Shown here: one piece after another, positions 59,525 to 64,000 of the stretch
How positions within the stretch are numbered: position 1 is the first letter of the stretch
Layout: the number at the start of each line of letters is the position of its first letter
DNA from: Ranitomeya imitator
Taxonomy: Eukaryota
Length of the DNA stretch: 64,000 nt
Assembly (NCBI RefSeq): GCF_032444005.1
Contig: NC_091284.1
Location: forward strand, 665,012,001-665,076,000
Reading direction: 5' to 3'
Notes under the pieces: generated by a model
Database searches by the model: none
Told to the model about the DNA's origin: nothing
Seen by the model: only the letters and a program-made list of their open reading frames with translations
Position numbers and translations under genes: made by a program

Positions 59525-61388
59525 TCTATTTGTATAATCGTCTAAGGGGTACTTCCGTCCGTCTGTCTGTCTGTAACGGAAATCCTGGGTCGCAACCAAT
59601 CAGCGACAGGCACACTGCCCCCTCCCTAGTCCCCTCCAGTCAGTGCCCCCCTGCGTGCGTCACTGCTGACACATGATCCGCACACGGTGCACGAGGTTAT
59701 AATGGGGAGGAAGCAGCGAGCGCTCACAATGCGGGACACGGAAATACAACTGGGAGATCACAGCAGCCGCCGTCATCTGACCTGTACCCGGGGCTCCGCA
59801 CACTCCCAGGAGCAGCCACGATGTCCTCCGCCAGCAGCGGCCTCCGTGCCGCACTACAGGAAGGGCAGACTATCACCCCGCACACAGCTCTTCGGAGTCA
59901 GCCCATGTGCCGGAACTGTCCCGCAGGGCGCCTCATGTGAGCCACACTCCCGGCCGGACCGTCTGCTTCTCCGTCATCTACACACGTGTCCTGTTATTGT
60001 TATGTGCGGACCATGTGCTTTTCCTGCACTGCCGAAGATGGCGCCTCCGCCGCTCTCACCACCGCCCGTACATCTGCTCCTCTCATGGACGGCCGGGGAC
60101 GGTAACCAGAAAGCTGCCGCCACCACCCCCTCCACACTCCCCTCCAGTGTTGTATACGTCTCTGTGCTATATACTTTGTGGGCTGTGTTATCTACTACGT
60201 GGGCTGTGTTATCTACTACGTGGGCTGTGGGCTGTGTTATCTACTACGTGGGCTGTGTTATATACTACGTGGGCTGTGCTATATACTGCGTGGGCTGTGC
60301 TATATACTGCGTGGGCTGTGCTATATACTGCGTGGGCTGTGCTATATACTGCGTGGGCTGTGCTATATACTGCGTGGGCTGTGCTATATACTGCGTGGGC
60401 TGTGCTATATACTGCGTGGGCTGTGCTATATACTGCGTGGGCTGTGCTATATACTGCGTGGGCTGTGCTATATACTGCGTGGGCTGTGCTATATACTGCG
60501 TGGGCTGTGCTATATACTGCGTGGGCTGTGCTATATACTGCGTGGGCTGTGCTATATACTGCGTGGGCTGTGCTATATACTGCGTGGGCTGTGCTATATA
60601 CTGCGTGGGCTGTGCTATATACTGCGTGGGCTGTGCTATATACTGCGTGGGCTGTGCTATATACTGCGTGGGCTGTGCTATATACTGCGTGGGCTGTGCT
60701 ATATACTGCGTGGGCTGTGCTATATACTGCGTGGGCTGTGCTATATACTGCGTGGGCTGTGCTATATACTGCGTGGGCTGTGCTATATACTGCGTGGGCT
60801 GTGCTATATACTGCGTGGGCTGTGCTATATACTGCGTGGGCTGTGCTATATACTGCGTGGGCTGTGCTATATACTGCGTGGGCTGTGCTATATACTGCGT
60901 GGGCTGTGCTATATACTGCGTGGGCTGTGCTATATACTGCGTGGGCTGTGCTATATACTGCGTGGGCTGTGCTATATACTGCGTGGGCTGTGCTATATAC
61001 TGCGTGGGCTGTGCTATATACTGCGTGGGCTGTGCTATATACTGCGTGGGCTGTGCTATATACTGCGTGGGCTGTGCTATATACTGCGTGGGCTGTGCTA
61101 TATACTGCGTGGGCTGTGCTATATACTGCGTGGGCTGTGCTATATACTGCGTGGGCTGTGCTATATACTGCGTGGGCTGTGCTATATACTGCGTGGGCTG
61201 TGCTATATACTGCGTGGGCTGTGCTATATACTGCGTGGGCTGTGCTATATACTGCGTGGGCTGTGCTATATACTGCGTGGGCTGTGCTATATACTGCGTG
61301 GGCTGTGCTATACACTGCGTGGGCTGTGCTATATACTACTATACATATTCTAGAATACCCGATGCATTAGAATCGGGCCACCATCTAG
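59525..61388 (+). mobile_element. Non-autonomous Helitron carrying a minisatellite
   Basis: A|TCTATTTGTATAA start; hairpin CCCGAT/ATCGGG at 61358-61377; CTAG|T end; no TSD. Confidence 0.8.
60177..61337. repeat. 21-bp minisatellite GTGGGCTGTGCTATATACTGC, about 55 units
   Basis: Nearly perfect array with a few variant units at the ends. Confidence 0.97.
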
Positions 61389-62155
61389 TTTTGAATATTG
61401 TTTTAAAAAAGTTTTCCTTTTTTTTGTCCCCAATCGACCCCATATTATTGTTTTACATTTAGCCCCTTATAGTAATGATGTCTTCTGTCATGTGATAATG
61501 TCCCTCCATCTATAGTAATGTCCCCAATCCTGGAATAGATTGGTCAGTGGCTTGTACTGGTATTATGGTGCAGTGAGCCGGTCTCTGCGCTGTAATACAT
61601 TTGAATTGAAGGTGCGTCCGAGGACAGACATTAAGTTGAAAAGGAACGCCAACATCGGCAGCCCCTGGACCGGGCCACAACCGTCTCAGGGGCCCGAGAT
61701 CAGCACAATGGAGCCTCATGGACCACGTGTTCGAGACCCCTGGTCTACAGTATATGATTTACAAAGTTAGTGTTATTCACCAAAAATGCTTCAAAGACAT
61801 TGCTAAAAACGTTTGTTACGTCTTTTTTTTTTTTTTTTTTTTTTTGCATTATTACCGTATTTTCACTTTCTGACATTCTGCAGATACAAAAAAATGCTGT
61901 AATTTTCAAATTAGATCAGGAAATAAAACCAAGTGTGTGCATGAGATCTCTAAAATCTCATCGCTTTTACTGGTACAGTAAAAAAGCAGTTTTTAATTTG
62001 CATAAAAAAAATACAGCAAAAAAAAACAACAAAACAAACAGAAAAAAAATGCTTCATGTGAACATAGTGTAAAGATTTTCTATGTGCCTTTTGAATGTTT
62101 TTTTAATTCAAACTAGGTGGAATCCTGTAATAACCATCTAATTTCTGCTTGTTAG

Positions 62156-62268
62156 CGGGACACTCTAGGAAACACTGAAGCGTTGGGACTTTGCCTGTTT
62201 ATCACCTCCGTCAACTCTGATGACATGACTTTCACATTTACTGAACTTCTACGAGCTTTAGATGTAAG
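62156..62268 (+). CDS. RB1: RB1 exon 3 (RDTLGNTEALGLCLFITSVNSDDMTFTFTELLRALDV-S)
   Basis: Acceptor TTTCTGCTTGTTAG| and donor AG|GTAAAC; 113 nt, phase 0 to 2. Matches human [29 protein letters not shown]. Confidence 0.93.
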
Positions 62269-62303
62269 GTAAACTTTCATTCTCTTATACAGTAGTCAAC
62301 TAA

Positions 62304-62692
62304 GGGTATGTGTCCACGTTCAGGATTACATCCGGATTAGCTGCGGATTGAAAGCTGCGTACAACCGCAGCGTTCAATCCGCAGTGTCCAGAAGGTACAG
62401 CATAGTGGAGGGGATTTTATGAAATCCTGTCTCCACTATGTGTGCGAACACGCACCCGGCGGCCCTGCGTTTCCGGACATGTGGCGCCTCTTTTTAGAAT
62501 GTAGCATGTCTGTTTACCTTGCGTCACCGCAAGGTAAATCACAGGGCCCTATGTGTGGGGTGCGGAGATTCCGGATGTGTGCAATGAGCACATCCAGAAT
62601 CACCGCGCATATATAAGGGGGCGACGCTTTGGGCGGAGCGAGTTTTCTGCTTTGTCCAAAGCGCTGTAAATCCGGATAGTGGACACGCACCC
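62304..62692. mobile_element. Harbinger-like MITE in RB1 intron 3
   Basis: GGGTATGTGTCCAC / GTGGACACGCACCC TIRs; TAA left flank, TAT right flank. Confidence 0.7.
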
Positions 62693-62827
62693 TATCACTT
62701 CTCTTATCATAGAACTATATGCAATGCTGTATGAAATACATAGTTGTACCATTCCTTTATCTCTACTTATGTTGAAATTCCTTTTTTCTCGCCTTTAACG
62801 TTACCCAAATTTCCATCTTTCTCACAG

Positions 62828-62962
62828 TGTCAGCAGATGTTTTGGGCTTTTAAATCAAATTGATATCAACATGGATAATCTGAGCACTAAAGTTGACAAT
62901 GCGGTCTCGAAGCTTAAGAAAAAATATGAAACAACTTGCCACTTGTACCAAAAATTTCAGAG
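62828..62962 (+). CDS. RB1: RB1 exon 4 (VSRCFGLLNQIDINMDNLSTKVDNAVSKLKKKYETTCHLYQKFQ-R)
   Basis: Acceptor TTCCATCTTTCTCACAG| and donor AG|GTAAAA; 135 nt, phase 2 to 2. STKVDNA..L.KKY motif as in human exon 4. Confidence 0.93.
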
Positions 62963-63162
62963 GTAAAAACCAGCTTTTTAAAGAATTGCAGAAAAATTGT
63001 TACTTTTAAGATTTGCGTGATTTATTGCTAAGTTTAGCAATCACGTTATTTTTTTGTTTCATTTGTCTATTTTGTAATTAATGCAGGACTGCTTTTTTAT
63101 TTTTGTCAAATGCCTATGTCTTGTCTGTTGTTGGACTTCAATACATCAAGTTTTTTTTGGAG

Positions 63163-63812
63163 CTCTGATATGTTTGCGCATCGGGGTGGCCGGCTGGCAG
63201 GGTCTTACCTTGGTGCTCTGATGTGTTTGCGCATCGGGGCGGCCGGTTGGCAGGGTCTTATCTTGGATCTCTGATATGTTCGCACATCGTGGCGGCCGGT
63301 TGGCAGGGTCTTATCTTGGAGCTCTGATGTGTTTGCGCATCAGGGTGGCCGGTTGGCAGGGTCTTATCTTGGTGCTCTGATATGTTCGCATATGGGGGCG
63401 ACCGGTTGGCAGAGTCTTATCTTGGTGCTCTGATATGTTCGCACATCGGGGCGGCCGGTTGGCAGGGTCTTATCTTGGTGCTCTGATATGTTCGCACATC
63501 GGGGCGGCCGGTTGGCAGGGTCTTATCTTGGTGCTCTGATATGTTCGCACATCGGGGCTGCCGGTTGGCAGGGTCTTATCTTGGTGCTCTAATATGTTCG
63601 CACATCGGGGCTGCCGGTTGGCAGGGTCTTATCTTGGTGCTCTGATATGTTCGCACATCGGGGCTGCCGGTTGGCCTGGGTCTTATCTTGGTTCTCTGAT
63701 ATGTTCGCACATCGGGGCGGCCGGTTGGCAGGGTCTTATCTTGGTGCTCTGATATGTTCGCACATCGGGGCTGCCGGTTGGCAGGGTCTTATCTTGGTTC
63801 TCTGATATGTTC
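63163..63812. repeat. 53-bp minisatellite, 12 units plus a partial copy
   Basis: Units start at 63163, 63216 ... 63481, 63534, 63587 and 63640; consensus CTCTGATATGTTCGCACATCGGGGCGGCCGGTTGGCAGGGTCTTATCTTGGTG. Confidence 0.95.
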
Positions 63813-64000
63813 TTATTCACCATCCTGTGTGAATGACCAGGCACTAATCCTCCAGTGATCTGCCTCCTATTTGAAATATCACGCCTGCACAATAATTGTC
63901 TCCAACAAAATGGCGCTGGCAACGCAAGCACAGTCACATCTCTCTGTTATCTTCCTTGTCCTTAATCTGCCTTCACTAGCAAGATGTTTTGAGCAGCGGT

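Noticed and set aside
59687-61462. Long ORFs of 368-591 aa in several frames
   Set aside because: They result from a stop-free 21-bp tandem array and are not plausible proteins.
63163-63812. CRISPR-like regular repeats (also 2315-2479 and 36880-37135)
   Set aside because: Units are head-to-tail with no unique spacers, there are no cas genes, and the DNA is eukaryotic.

Overview
Vertebrate genomic DNA, most likely from a frog (inferred from the repeat families and host protein sequence). The window holds the promoter and coding exons 1-4 of the retinoblastoma gene RB1 on the + strand (1496-1539, 30253-30370, 62156-62268, 62828-62962). The ORF track misses these exons; the splice sites are canonical GT-AG, the phases match, and the joined frame is open. 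Introns 1 and 2 (28.7 and 31.8 kb) are mostly transposon-derived. They contain a full-length but disabled sense L1 with a 16-bp TSD; a 5'-truncated antisense L1 split by a decayed DIRS element and a MITE; a second, nearly intact DIRS1-like tyrosine-recombinase retrotransposon; a Tc1 (DD34E, IR/DR) element; a solo LTR; two non-autonomous Helitrons; and a 6.2-kb TTAA-flanked Kolobok/T2-like container. Also present are many Harbinger-like and hAT-like MITEs, several minisatellites and two N gaps. The most interesting observations are an ETS+E2F promoter module matching mammalian RB1 but lacking the ATF site, 3-nt crossover signatures at both DIRS insertions, a possible spliced DIRS leader exon in the sense orientation inside RB1, inverted MITEs flanking exon 2, and a degenerate hammerhead-like motif. 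I found no convincing wholly novel system. All family and gene assignments come from motif recognition, not database searches.
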